A stretch of 61,042 bases of DNA, counting the filler, from Nemertoderma westbladi (Eukaryota; Animalia; Xenacoelomorpha), in assembly GCA_032718475.1 (NCBI GenBank). It is 3 parts of 3 records of this genome, joined end to end, with 100 filler letters (N's around TTAATTAATTAA, not from the genome) between each part and the next. Parts side by side here need not be neighbours in the genome. Positions count along the whole stretch, not along the records: positions 19,872 to 46,610 come from JAUCBJ010000645.1; positions 46,711 to 61,042 come from JAUCBJ010004919.1; 1 more part is not named here. One strand, written 5' to 3'. The position numbers and the translations under genes were made by a program. The notes beneath the pieces are model-generated. The model had not been told where the DNA came from. It worked only from the letters and a program-made list of their open reading frames with translations, and did no database searches. Positions 35,001 through 49,700 of this stretch are shown here, piece by piece; position 1 is the first letter of the stretch, and each line of letters starts with the position of its first letter.

Positions 35001-38000
35001 ATCAACTCTTTCTTTCGGGATCGCCGCTTCCATTTGTGTCATCAGTTTGCTATAAATCCTCTTTCAAGGTATACAATTCCGTAGTATTTGGATATTTAAA
35101 TAAATAGTAACGCGTCCGTATTTCACTCAATATGTGTTCTCTCCCAGCATGATATAGTCGGTAATTAACATCCTTTATCAACTATATTTGGACTTCAGGA
35201 TTGAATATTAATATTGGGAACATAGTGTCTCGAGAAATAGGAGCATTTGTAAGACGACCTCCTACACGAATGAGTCCATTGATCATAATACTTGAGAATT
35301 TGTCTGACAATGATGTTAAAGTGTCAGCACTGAGTTGGTTGTATTTCTCAGGTCTCTGAAGTTTTTGTGAAAGTCTCAAAAGTTGTAAATTAGATTTATC
35401 AACTTCAAGGGGTGACACACCTACTACAGGTAAATTATTAGTACTGTATCAGTAGTGGAACAGTTGTTTTATGATAGTTATAGCCCTACATAATTTATCC
35501 CATGATTTATAATGATTCATAGCGTGGGCTATCAGTAGGGATAGACTTACTTCAATATTGGGTAAGTCTGATTGATATAAGTGGGGGATGTATTGTGGGG
35601 GCTTCAGTATGGGACTGAATACTCAAAGGGTTACAAAAGGGTTACACCTCGGGATGGTATGTCTGCTGTATTTTGGGGTCCGGGGACATCTCTCCACTGT
35701 TCTATTTTGGTGCGATAGAGAATCATAGAGACTCGGTTTGTGATGTATACACTAAAACCACAAACAGTGTTTGTTAAATACTCCAGCACTTATGGCTGCG
35801 TCTGTCCACAGAACAGTTCTTGAGATTTTATAATCTGTTTCTTCAAGAATGTTCTTGGCTATAATTGTTGCGAATAGGGCTGCTTTTAGTTTGGCCCTTG
35901 GGGCTGGTAGATCTTTACTTTTAATGAGGGATTTTGATGCAACAATAGATACACAAATATCTTGGGGGGTCGTATCCCTATAATATGCATTGATACCAAG
36001 ACCCTTGTCGTTTGCATTACCAAATACATGTAATTGATATGTATGGGACAGCAGAGCATCGGGAAAATATGCTGGAGGTACCTGGATTTTTTGAATATCG
36101 GGTAAGGTATTTTCCCATTTCAAACACTGATCTAATAAATCACCTGAAAGGGGTTGGTCCCATGTAAGGTCTTGGTCCCACATGCTTTTGACTATGTACC
36201 TAGCTTCCACAATGACGGGACTTATAAAGCCTATGGGATCAAATAAAGTACTCAATATACTAGGGCAGATACATTTAGTACGTACTCCCGGTGGAATAAT
36301 CTGAACTTTAAAGAACATTTCATCCAATTGAGTATCCCATCTAAGGCCTAAAGTTTTCGTAGCTGGTAAATCGTCCTTATTTAGATCTAAGTCTTGGCTG
36401 CCTCTCCCCTCCTCATGTATTCAGGTATTGATAGGAATTCTTTAGAATTACTGGCGAACTTTGTCAGTCTAAACCATCCTTTTTGAGGCAATCGACTGTC
36501 CCTTGAGCAATAGACAGGGCTTCTTTAATGGTAGGTTCGCTTTATGTTTTTGCTGTCTTCAGACTCATATAAATGCTGATTAACATCCGCCCTCCTGGAT
36601 ACAACGTAACAGGCGGTAGAAGGACTGGATATCAGCCCAAAGGCTAGTATAGTCATCCAATATAATATTCCTTCGGGGTTTTAGTGAAGTCTCCATCATG
36701 CCACCAGAGGAACTGTAGGCTATCCTGGTCTTCAGGAATAACCTTAACCCGTAAGAACATTCCTTCAATGTCTGACGCATAAGCTACATTATATTGTCGC
36801 AATCTAATTAATATCCCAGGCAATATAGGCCCAGGCAAACAAATTAGGGCCAGCCATCAGCTGAGAGTTCAATGATTGACCTTTGTATAAATCAGATCCA
36901 TCAAATACTACTCTTACCTTGCCGGGTTTGTCGGGCCAGTTTACAAAATGATGGGTTATGTAATAAGTGCGATCAGTATGGGGAATATTAGGCGGCCCTT
37001 ATGTAGCGCATCCTTCACTAATAGTCTTTAACATCTGTTCATTGTACATCCTGTGGGCGTTAGGGTTGCAGCTCAGGCATCTCTTTAGTTGGCCAAGACG
37101 TTTTTCTGCTAAGACGCAATTATTTAACAACTTTACTGATTTAGAACGCCAAAGTTAATGCTGTTTCATATCTACCCCCCCCCCCCCCCCCCCTTTTCTA
37201 CCCAATTGGAAATCTTTTCAGTTAGAGTTGCATCTGCTAATGCCTTGCGCAAAGATATATCCCTTTCTTCTTCCGCAGCAGAATATATATTAGGTGTCTA
37301 AGTCATATTCATTAACAAGCAGCGAGTGTATTCTCCATATTCCAGCATAGTGGTAGAATCGTCCGTGTTAAGTCTGGACATTGGTAGGTCACTGGATTCA
37401 TCACTGTGGAGTTCCTGATTATTGGTCGAAATTTTTGAAAATTTGCAGTCAAAATCGGTTAATCCTCCCTCCGGTTAATTCCACTGCTTCCACAATTTTA
37501 CTGAGTTTAGAGAATGAATATAGTTATTCGATATTTCCTCGTCAATAAGTCTCTCATTTAATGTCTTTAATGAGGGGCCAGTGCAGTACCAACCAATCCT
37601 GGTTCTACTAGCATATGTTGTTAGAGGCAGAGGCGAACTTGGCAATTTTCCAAAATTTCCAAGACCTAACTTAACAGCTGAACTCTAAGTCGATCGAGTT
37701 CGTATTGAGGGGTATTGTTTCGTTTCACAAAGTCATCTTTATCCCAATCATATACAGGGGCTTGACTATCTGTAAAGTTCTTAATCGCAACCACTTTAAT
37801 GTTATTTAATTTACATATTTCATTTATATCCCCAGGGTCAGATAAAGAAATCTTGTAATAACGAGTTTGTATAACTGGTTATTTAAATTACATATTTCAT
37901 TTATATCACCAGGGTCAGATAAAGAAATCTTGTAATAAGGAGTTTGTATAACTGATTGCCAGATTTGCATTACTCCAGATATGTTCAATTTCATTTGACA

Positions 38001-38150
38001 AGGCTAATGGGCAGCCTTGTCGAATAGTTCTTCCGCAAGGTCTTGGTCGATGAAGGATCCAGAACTTCCTGTATCCATTAGGGCATTGACTATGATGATA
38101 CTATTGTTATAATATAGCCGAACATGTGAAACAGGGAATACATCAATCAA
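32014..38150 (-). mobile_element. Second, degenerate BEL/Pao element
   Basis: Fragments: protease (ALMDTGS near 38070), RT (RVVFDGS, SDIEGMF), FDPIGF, RNase H (WTDA), RVGGRL, integrase GVDLFGP/SDQGTNF, and C-terminal YYLPLIQLRTKW, with many stops. Candidate 3' LTR 32014-32633 after PPT-like GGAAGCGG. Confidence 0.85.
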
Positions 38151-40068
38151 TTTTGAGTTAGAGGTCTTCATAGATGTATGACAGTAGTACGGCAGATAGC
38201 GCTAACTACACCAATCAGCTAGTGCACTAAAACCCGTACGTTAGTATATCAGTATACCAGTATGTCAGTCAGTGTAAGACATAAAGACCACCCAAAACCA
38301 TACCTAGGCCTCCTAACTAAACCCAATTTCCCCCTAATGCTACAAGGTTGAGACATAACCTAGATCGTCAGCCCCCTAATACTGTAACAACGGCTGGTCC
38401 CCGTTCCTTAACTGATTATCCCGACCGCAATGGTGGCCCCCCACCAGCGTTGCCCCGCTTTGGATCCTCCGCACTCCCCTCCGTCGCTTCCCCCGGTGCG
38501 CCTGCCGCGCCTACCGGTACCTTAGCCCTCCATGCTAAAACAAATAGCTACCATATCGGCGCATGCGTTCACAAACAGTCTGACAGTCTGAAAGAAACCC
38601 CGTAAGGATTATCGCATCTCAATTACATAGAAATCAAGAGTCAAATGTAGAAATCATAGTTCAAGATTGTAATTCAGAAGTAATCAGCAGAATCATTATC
38701 AACAATTTACATAAGCATTAACATGTAGCACATACCGGAACACAGCCAATTTGAATCTGACAAAATAAGGATGATGCAATAATCGTCTCAATGGTCCTCC
38801 AGCAAGCCATACCACCATTAGACAAACCTAGAACAGCTGGGCCAATGGGGAAGCCGGGTTGTGATCCCTTTCCCCCCTATTTCACAAATTATTACCATAT
38901 ATGGTAATGAATTCTGTCCCGGTGGGCTTATAGGTTGCTGGCCATTTCACGATTATTAAAGCACATTAAGCATAATTCGATATAAAGCCAATTTAGAAAG
39001 AAATATAAAAGGAAATTAACACAAATACACAATTAATTCAGTCAATATTGATAAACAGCAAATCCGTATTAGTGTTTTATAAGAGTTTGCTACCATAAAT
39101 GTTATTTACTAAGAATTTATTATAAAATTACGTACGCACACTACATACTATACAAAAAACGGATGAAATATATAAACTTGGATATTTTATTGTCCCTATC
39201 TAATCACGGCTGTACATCATCATGACTTATCTAAAATACTTTATACTGTATAGTGGGCTGCTTCGGTACACAGCGCCATATATCGTAACACTATCCCTAA
39301 ATACTGCAGAGGTTTTGGGCCATAAATTATCTGTCTCATTACTCCCTACTGTATAGTGTATATTCTTATTAAATTGAAAGAAAGAAAACACTCACACGTC
39401 CAAAAATACAAATGAGTAACACTTAAATAATATATCGATAAAAGGTTGAATATTAAATCCTATAAAATTCATGAAATAGCACAATTTTAGGAAGTTACTC
39501 TTATTAACCTTAGATTGTCACCTATAAATTTACTGACATTATTAAACCGTAATTTGTGACCTATAAATTTACTGACTATCAATATTCCTTTAAAATCTGA
39601 TATATGAAATTACATAATCGGGCTGAGTTCTGATGAATGAAAAGTGCAGTACTTTAATAAGAGACATCGGATTATTGTATTGCAGTGCTGGTGCTGGTTA
39701 TAATCACTATCGGAGACAGTCCTGAGATTTTTAGATGATTGGGAAATTTGGGGAACTCCTGGATGGGCACTAAAGTTGGGGTCTGGTGGCAATTCTGAAA
39801 GGCGGTGGCATACCACTCATTCTAGATGTCTTCCACTTCTAGAAACTCTAGATTTATCTGACGATTTACCAAGTTCATCAGAAGATATATAGCAAACAGA
39901 TTCATTAACACAGATCCTTTTCGACGTTCCTCATCTTGAGTGTCCGATTGTTGTTTTTCCTGTATATTAATTGTCTTTATTAACTGGACGACACAAGGAA
40001 AATGAGAAGATTACTCGAGGTAACATTGATACATTGGATTCCGTGGAATGGAGCACACTTATCGGTAG

Positions 40069-40674
40069 ATGCTATCTTATCACTGGGAAGATAGCATGGA
40101 GGGAGTGTTAGCCTATCCATTCCGCTCTACATTCCAACCACAAATGTAGGGAGCCAATTTAAGAATATTGGACACAGAGAAATACAGAGCCAGTAGGTGG
40201 GCCCACTCACCTTATAGCCACAGGGAAAGCCAGGGTATACTAACCAAGGGATGATGCAATTGGGCCAGCTGATGGGTGAGTTGGACCAACGGGAGGGTGA
40301 CATGTGGCGTGTATCAGCCAGAGGCCAATGAAATATGTTAGCCTATTATAAGCAGTATATTTTCCCCATATATATTACCGGTCAATCATTGTGCAGCCAG
40401 TTGGCATTCATTCCATATAATGCAGAGGTGAAATTGTTTTTCCACTGCTTTGCTTTGCTGCACTACATTACATTGTGCTACCAGTACTACAGTAGTCAGT
40501 CACTCAGTATATATTAATGTCGATTAATAACAGAAAAGTTCAGCGATAAACTCTTATGTTCAACAGGCCCATAGCCAAGTCAACCACCCAGTCAGTAGCC
40601 AGCGCGAGCGCGTAGGGAACAACCACCATCAAGTCAACCAGTTGGGATCTCTCGCTAACCGAGATTTCGTCACA
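40069..40674 (+). mobile_element. 3' end (hairpin, PPT, 569-bp LTR at 40106-40674) of a relative of the 9464-19771 element
   Basis: ATGCTATCTT..AAGATAGCATGGAGGGAG-TGTTAGCCTATCCATTCCGC ... CGTCACA mirrors the minus-strand sequence at 10076-9464. Confidence 0.8.
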
Positions 40675-41345
40675 ATCCTATTCCACTTCAAACTACGAGC
40701 CAGCAACAGAAGAGGAAACGTATTTAATGTATTTAAAGTATTTAAAATCTTTTCCATATCTTGATTCGTTGTCAAAACATATGTTATACAGTAGTCTATT
40801 ATGAGAATGCTCTCCATAGCGAAAAATATTTGTCATGGGGGACTATGGACCTTAGTGTTTTAGATTGTTACTGAAATTACCTAGTACGCATCAGGGGGCG
40901 CTTTTCTGCTACAGGATTAAATGAGTCGAAGTCCCGCTTACAGAGCATTCGTCTTGGACACTAAATGAAATGAAGATTTACAGTCCAGTTAGTGAATAAT
41001 CACCAAAAATTTTATAGTGCCAATTTTGATAGACTATCCTTAAAAGTTTACACATTTTTTTCTCAAAATATACATAATTTTTTACAACCATTTACTTTCA
41101 GAACAAAAAATATTAATGTTACCCAAATAGGCCTACATGTCATACATATACAGGACTGTATATTATATATGTCTGAAATGTCCATACAATGTATGTCTCA
41201 TTATATTTTATTTCTGTATTCACTACTTCACTACTATGATCACGCTGCTGTATAGCAGCTGCGCATTGACATTGGTATGCCAGCTTAACAAAAACATTTT
41301 GTCACCACCACCATATAATATGCACGGTATACGAAAGAACGGTAT

Positions 41346-42274
41346 ATGCATGCTAGGAGGCAATGCAAACGCAATGCATCTAAGATCAAACATGATAAAG
41401 TGGCGGAGGCTTTACTAAATAATTCTTCCACTAAACATTTTTGGTCACAGGTGCGCAACCATACAACTGATAAGTGTCCGTTACCTACGAGAATAGGAGA
41501 TGATGTTGGCCCTGTTAACATCGCTAACATGTGGAAGAATCATTTCCAGAGTTTATTTAACTGTGTCAACGATGACACAGATAGTGCATACATTAATACA
41601 TGTATTGATAACGCAGCTAATATTGGTTTTTCTAATATTTCATACAACAAAGTGATGGATTCACTGCTCGGCCTTCCATCCGATAAAGCCCCTGGGCTTG
41701 ACGGATTGTCGGCAGAACATTTAATCCACGCATGTTGTTATAATCTTGTGCGTGCAATTGCCCTTTTAATTAACTCTATTTTTATACATAACTATATGCC
41801 AGCTGCCATGATGGAATCAACCATCATTCCACTTGTAAAGGATAGGTCGGCTAGTCTGACGTATAAGGATAACTATCGAGGCATTTCTTTGCCTACGATC
41901 CTCAGTAAATTTATTGAGAAAGTAATTCTAGAGCACTGTTTCAAATATTTAGATACTACATATAACCAGTTTGGCTTCAAGCCTAAACTCGGAACTGAAA
42001 CATCTATATATACTCTGAAGGAAATAGTAAACTACTATCTCAATAACAATTCTTCTGTTTATGTATGCATTTTAGACGCATCTAAAGCGTTTGATCGTGT
42101 CAACCATTTAAAATTGTTTCGCAAACTGATAGACCGTGGTGTACCATTATACATTGTTCGCATTATTATGTTTTGGAATCGTAACCAACTAGTGCGTGTC
42201 TGTTGGGATGGGTTTTTATCACCATCCTTTTCTGTAACTAACGGAACTAGACAAGGTAGCATTATTTCACCATT
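41346..42274 (+). mobile_element. Non-LTR retrotransposon RT fragment (possibly RTEX-like), interrupted by the Gypsy element
   Basis: KAPGLDG, IIPLVK, NYRGISL, QFGFK, LDASKAFDRVNH, GTRQGSIISP. Homology stops at 42274, before the YADD motif. Confidence 0.88.
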
Positions 42275-42637
42275 CGCCAGTAGGTGCCGTCACCCGGTAG
42301 AACCTGCCTGGTAAGACTGGTGAAAGACACAAGAGGCTAATATGGTAATCTGGTAATATATGGTAATATAGCCGAAATGATATAGCAATATCAAACAACA
42401 ACAAAGCACATCGGTAATCTGGTACTGTACTGTAGGTACGCAGTCAGGCATACAGCACTGACTGCAAGTGCTGAAGTACAACACAAGGTACAGTCGGTAC
42501 CGGTAACCGGGTAGCTGACAAGCAGCTGGTAAAAGAGGCCGATAGCCAGACCCTTCTGGGCCCGTTAGGTCCAGCCGCTATGGGTTAGGAAGCGTAACCC
42601 GTGGGGTGGTGCTAGACGTCCGCAAGGCCGTCTGGCG
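42275..42637 (-). repeat. 3' LTR of the Gypsy element with CG...CG termini (363 bp)
   Basis: Inverted ends CGCCAG (42275) and CTGGCG (42637). Purine tract AAAAAGAGAAAGAAA lies just upstream on the minus strand. The left end coincides with the break in the LINE RT. Confidence 0.65.
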
Positions 42638-43030
42638 TAGTTTCTTTCTCTTTTTATTTTTTTATTTTTTTATTTTTTACTTTCAGTTTGGATGTGAAAC
42701 CGAAAGGGTCAGTTCAGGTGTAGTTCATACTTTCCCTTAGGTCATGGCTATACACCTCTGCTACTAAACCATTACTGTAAAATCAAATGACACTTACTTG
42801 TACAATATAACACAATAATATATGTCCTAAGATAGGTGTATCATAGTAGAGTCTTATTCATAAGAGTTCTTTACATAAGACATAACCACCACCAAATCTA
42901 CTTATAAAAGCCAATATATGCTAGTCAGATTCTGGATAAAATAAGCGTATCACTCAAAGAGTTGATTATGTGAAACTCAACGACTTGACCAATAGAGTAT
43001 GCATATGGTTGGCTGTCTCCTAGGAACTAG

Positions 43031-46000
43031 CTAATCGGTATAAGGGAAACCATAATACTGTGGTTTGCGACGAATACGGTTTGGGCGTCCCGCGGGTCCC
43101 AGTTCTAAGGCAACGGGGGCTTTGATTGGTATGCTTTGGGCACTATCACTACTGTCTTGTGGGCAATGGGTTGTAGGTATTGGGCCAAATTCCACAGGCG
43201 GTGCAGAATCTGTCTGGACTGGTGGGTTCGATGTTAGCGGAAGCGGTTGAGTAGGTGGTGTTGGTGATATCATCAGGTCTCCAGGTTCTGATCCTACAGG
43301 GGCAGGGTCTGGGACTGTTGGCCTACGTGGTGATATTATGTCATCTTCATCATCTGTTGAGGACGATGTCCTAGCTCGCAAAGACTCCTTGCGATACGGG
43401 ACCCTATAGCATGCAGATCGTGGAACGCGGTATGCCTGAGCACGCAACTGTGCCCCAATGAATTTTCGAACACTGGCCCACTCAGAGTCAATAGCTGAGA
43501 CAATATATCGTGGTCGACTCTTGAGTTGTGGTGAGTCACTATGGAGATAAACTAAATCACCAACTGAGATATTTGGGTTTGGAGCCATGGTGGCACGTGG
43601 TGCTTTAGACTGAGCACTGGTCAAATGGTTATTGAGTCGTGACTGATGTTGCTTCTCAATCAGGGTAGTGTCATGGAGGGGTATTTGTTCTCCACTGAAC
43701 TGGTCACGCTGGGTGAATATCTCTCGAGCAGAGAGGCCACTTGACCGAATACGAGCATTAAGGTTTGAGACAGCCAGGGCAATAGACACATTGGAGTATG
43801 GCCCTCCTGTAGGACAGATGCGGAGTAATTCCGTCTCTAACTCCTGCACAGCACGTTCTGCAACAGGATTTTTATTTACATTCTTTGCTCGTCCCAACTC
43901 AAGGCGTATATGATGTCGCTTGAGTACGGGGTCATCAGGGAGTGAGCGGAATCCGGGTGCAGGATCTGTGCGGACTACTGCATGAGGACCACTGAGTGGA
44001 CAGGATCCAACACAGAGGGACAGCAGAGCATCACGTAACGTTTCCCTGCACTCATCAGGATCCTCAGTGTTTTGGTTAATTATCCGTTTTGGTGCAGATT
44101 TAAGAGCAGCACACTGGGTACAACCAGCGGTGACTGATTCAATAGCACGGTCAAGATCTAGAGCAAGAAATGAACGCACCACTATCTGATGTAGTTGGGA
44201 CTTAGGTGGATGCTGTAACTCAAGGTGCAGGGAGGTGAGCAATCCAGCGAGGGCATGGCGAGGTACAATAATAAGATCACGTGGGGAAGCCAGGGCTATG
44301 GAACGCCTGGCAATGATAAGACCATCCTGTGAGAGTGTGGCATAACCTAAGTAACGCTTTATATCACGGATATGTGTTTCCTTCTTAGAGGGCCGGGTAC
44401 CCTGACGTAGGTATCCACGTACACGACATAAGTCAGCACATTCCTGTTGTATGGCCAACCAGGCAGTGCGGGTAGCATATATAGGCTGACTGGGCATCTT
44501 TGGTGCTGAATCAGGTACTGTTGATGATCTGACAATGGGTTCATCTGCAAGTTCATGGATAAAAAGACATACCTGACAACTATCATCTGTGCAGGGTGGG
44601 GCATTTCGGCTTTGGAAGTCGGCCGAGCGATTATTAGTACCCTGAATATGGGATAGATTGATGTTATGTTGACTGAGAGTAGCTAAGAAGGTGGTTAAAC
44701 GGGGACTGGACGAATATGATCCGCGCGATAGCTTGGCATATGCTTGAACACAGGGACGACTATCTGTCACAACCTGTGATGGGAGACTGGCCTGTACTAT
44801 GTACGGGGAAAAGTGGTTGACAGCACTGGCAATAGCTAAAGCTTCTAATTCACAGGGTAACCAATTCCGTTGGTGCTGGCGTACTTTAGCCGAGTAGAAT
44901 CCTGCTAGGTGGAGTCGAGAGTTACGTTTGGCATATAATACAGCGCCAAGTCCAGCAGCACTGGAGGCAGCATCTGTGACGATGAAAAGTTCATCAGATG
45001 GATGGGGTATGACAATAGATCGGCATGACTTTAATCCTGCTTGGGCCCGGCGAAATGCGGTAGTACTCGACTCAGTCCATAGAATAGGGTCACTGGGTTG
45101 GCCTACAATCAGTTCATCAAGGGGGGCAATGAGTGTGGAACACTGTGGAAGCACACGGGAAATGACTTTATACGAACCTACAAAGGATCTGAGGGCGCGC
45201 GTGCACTCTGGTGCTGCACATGTGGCTAGGGTAGAAATAACATGAGGTGATGCAGAAATGGATCCTTCGGTCCATCGCCAGCCAAGGATGGTTGTGGTTC
45301 GAGGGCAAATTATCGTTTTTTTTGGAGATAAACGCAGATCACAACGGGCAAGAGCATATAACAATTGTGAGAAGTTTGTAGCTGCATCAGCAATTGTGTT
45401 GCCACCACAGTAAATATCATCTGCAATTTTGGAGACAGTTCCGTTACACAGTAGGTCACCAAGGACACGACACATTAGCTCTTCTAAGGCACTCTCCGAT
45501 CCAGGCATGCCCATTGCGCAGCGCATGTAGACTCGTACACCACGGAAAGGGGTTACAACACCACAGTACTTTCTTGAGGATGGTTGTAGTGGGATTTGAT
45601 AGAAGGCCGATGTAAGGTCAGATTTTATTATATATTTATATGAGCCAAGAGACCGGAGTGTTGAGTCGACATTTGGCAGAAGAGAGGGTTGTGGTTTGGT
45701 ATACTGTGCAATTTGATTAAAGGCTGTTACCAGCCTTGTGCCTCCATTAGGCTTCGCAACTAGAAATGAAGGGCTCAAATACTCTACATGAACTCCAGCT
45801 TTTTCAGGAGTGGCAAACACTCCCAACTCCTCTAGCTGGTCGAAACGATCCTGTAACTCAACGAGTCGGTTACGACTATACTGGGGTATTCTCCCCTTTT
45901 GTTGAGGGGGCAATGTTGGCCCCATATTTACGACTCCCTCAAAGGGACCTGCAGCACCATTGTATCCTGGATAGTGGTCTGAGAAGACAGCCGAATGTTT

Positions 46001-46610
46001 GGTGATGACATCTAAGAACATTTGGCGCTCTGGTTCAGAAAGAATACCATCAGGATCTAGGGAGATACGGGTAAGGGGGTCACTGGTGCTAGAAACAGAC
46101 TCATGTCGGGTAACCTGTGGGGCAATGCCAGTCATTACATCAGCTTCAGATGTATCCATCACGGGGGTAGCAAGGCATACATGAGAATTTCGCTTGATTG
46201 TAATGGGGGATGTTGTCGTATTATTGATAGAGATGTTGCCATTTTGGGGAAAGACTAGGCATGGTGGGAACCATGGACGAATGGCATTATTGCATTGCAT
46301 ATGAGGTGCAATTAACATAGGTGACTCTTGACTGGGTTCTCCTGGTAGGGACAACTGTAAGTCATCATTTGGCCATATAACGACGGATCGTGCTGATGCC
46401 CGAAGGAGGGATGAATTGCTCTTAGGGGACCGAGGTACTGAGCGAGGCTGAGAGTTAAACTTAACTGTGGAACCATCAGATAGGACAATTGATTGATGGG
46501 CAGGGCGGATGCTGATATCATTGCTCTCCAGGAATGGCATTCCACCAATGATGGCAGAACCAAGATTGGGTATAACAAGGCCATTGAATGTAAAGGAGAG
46601 AGAACCCCGC
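43031..46610 (-). CDS. Ty3/Gypsy pol (protease end, RT, RNase H, integrase with internal deletion); 5' end cut by the contig break
   Basis: 1169-aa open frame: SPSFLVAK, RLVTAF, DLTSAFYQ, MGMPGS, KIADD; RNase H VTDAAS, CELEALAI, TDSRP, NRSADFQSR; integrase HLELQH...CTQC, RTDPAPGF, NPVAER; GDLVY. Confidence 0.92.
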
Positions 46611-46710
46611 NNNNNNNNNNNNNNNNNNNNNNNNNNNNNNNNNNNNNNNNNNNNTTAATTAATTAANNNNNNNNNNNNNNNNNNNNNNNNNNNNNNNNNN
46701 NNNNNNNNNN
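46611..46710. other. Assembly spacer with artificial TTAATTAATTAA linker
   Basis: Same 100-nt construct as 19772-19871. Confidence 0.95.
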
Positions 46711-49700
46711 AAACCAACTTACTAAAACTGGGACAATATCGGAAGCCAATTTACTAAAACTGGGATAATATCGGAAGCCAACTTACTAAAACTGGGACAA
46801 TATCGGAAGCCAACTTACTAAAACTGGGACAATATCGGAAACCAACTTACTAAAACTGGGACAATATCGGAAGCCAACTTACTAAAACTGGGACAATATC
46901 GGAAGCCAACTTACTAAAACTGGGACAATATCGGAAACCAACTTACTAAAACTGGGACATTATCGTAAGCCAACTTTACTAAAACTGGGACAATATCGGA
47001 AACCAACTTACTAAAACTGGGACAATATAGGAAGCCAACTTACTCAAACTGGGACAATATCGGAGCCAACTTACTAAAACTGGGACAATATCGGAAGCCA
47101 ACTTACTAAAACTGGGACAATATCGGAAACCAACTTACTAAAACTGGGACAATATCGGAAGCCAACTTACTAAAACTGGGACAATATCGGAGCCAACTTA
47201 CTAAAACTGGGACAATATCGGAAGCCAACTTACTAAAACTGGGACATTATCGTAAGCCAACTTTACTAAAACTGGGACAATATCGGAAACCAACTTACTA
47301 AAACTGGGACAATATAGGAAGCCAACTTACTCAAACTGGGACAATATCGGAGCCAACTTACTAAAACTGGGACAATATCGGAAGCCAACTTACTAAAACT
47401 GGGACATTATGGTAAGCCAACTTTACTAAAACTGGGACAATATCGGAAACCAACTTACTAAAACTGGGACAATATCGGAAGCCAACTTACTAAAACTGGG
47501 ACAATATCGGAAGCCAGCTTACTAAAACTGGGACAATATCGGAAACCAACTTACTAAAACTGGGACATTATCGTAAGCCAACTTTACTAAAACTGGGACA
47601 ATATCGGAAACCAACTTACTAAAACTGGGACAATATAGGAAGCCAACTTACTCAAACTGGGACAATATCGGAGCCAACTTACTAAAACTGGGACAATATC
47701 GGAAGCCAACTTACTAAAACTGGGACAATATCGGAAACCAACTTACTAAAACTGGGACAATATCGGAAGCCAACTTACTAAAACTGGGACAATATCGGAG
47801 CCAACTTACTAAAACTGGGACAATATCGGAAGCCAACTTACTAAAACTGGGACAATATCGGAAACCAACTTACTAAAACTGGGACAATATCGGAAGCCAA
47901 CTTACTAAAACTGGGACAATATCGGAAGCCAACTTACTAAAACTGGGACAATAACGGAAACCAACTTACTAAAACTGGGACAATATCGGAAGCCAACTTA
48001 CTAAAACTGGGACAATATCGGAAGCCAACTTACTAAAACTGGGACAATATCGGAAGCCAACTTACTAAAACTGGGACAATATCGGAAACCAACTTACTAA
48101 AACTGGGACAATATCGGAAGCCAACTTACTAAAACTGGGACAATATCGGAAGCCAACTTACTAAAACTGGGACAATATCGGAAACCAACTTACTAAAACT
48201 GGGACATTATCGTAAGCCAACTTTACTAAAACTGGGACAATATCGGAAACCAACTTACTAAAACTGGGACAATATAGGAAGCCAACTTACTCAAACTGGG
48301 ACAATATCGGAGCCAACTTAACTAAAACTGGGACAATATCGGAAACCAACTTACTAAAAGTGGGACAATATCGGAGCCAACTTACTAAAACTGGGACAAT
48401 ATCGGAAGCCAACTTACTAAAACTGGGACAATATCGGAGCCAACTTTACTAAAACTGGGACAATATCGGAAGCCAACTTACTAAAACTGGGACAATATAG
48501 GAAGCCAACTTACTAAAATTGGGACAATATCGGAAACCAACTTACTAAAACTGGGACAATATAGGAAGCCAACTTACTAAAACTGGAACAATATCGGAGC
48601 CAACTTACTAAAACTGGGACAATATCGGAAGCCAACTTACTAAAACTGGGACAATATCGGAAACCAACTTACTAAAATTGGGACAATATCGGAAACCAAT
48701 TTACTAAAACTGGGATAATATCGGAAACCAACTTACTAAAACTGGAACAATATCGGAGCCAACTTACTAAAACTGGGACAATATCGGAAGCCAACTTACT
48801 AAAACTGGGACAATATCGGAAACAACTTTACTACAACTGGGACAATATCGGAACCCAATTTACTAAAACTGGGACAATATCGGAGCCAACTTTCTAAAAC
48901 TGGGACAATATCGGAAGCCAACTTACTAAAACTGGGACAATATCGGAAACCAACTTACTAAAACTGGGACAATATCGGAAGCCAACTTACTAAAACTGGG
49001 ACAAAATCGGAAGCCAACTTACTAAAACTGGGACAATATCGGAAGCCAACTTACTAAAACTGGGACAACATCGGAAGCCAACTTACAAAAACTGGGGCAA
49101 TATCGGAAGCTAACTTTACTAAAACTGGGACAATATCGGAAGCCAACTTACTAAAACTGGGACAATATCGGAAGCCAACTTTACTAAAACTGGGACAATA
49201 TCGGAAACCAACTTACTAAAACTGGGACAATAACGGAAGCCAACTTACTAAAACTGGGACAATATCGGAAGCCAACTTTACTAAAACTGGGACAATATCG
49301 GAAGCCAACTTTACTAAAACTGGGACAATATCGGAAGCCAACTTACTAAAACTGGGACAATATCGGAAATCAACTTACTAAAACTGGGACAATATCGGAA
49401 GCCAACCTTACTAAAACTGGGACAATATCGGAAGCCAACTTTACTAAAACTGGGACAATATCGGAAGCCAACTTACTAAAACTGGGACAATATCGGAAAT
49501 CAACTTACTAAAACTGGGACAATATCGGAAGCCAACTTTACTAAAACTGGGACAATATCGGAAGCCAACTTTACTAAAACTGGGACAATATCGGAAGCCA
49601 ACTTACTAAAACTGGGACAATATCGGAAGCCAACTTTACTAAAACTGGGACAATATCGGAAGCCAACTTTACTAAAACTGGGACATTATCGGAAGCCAAC

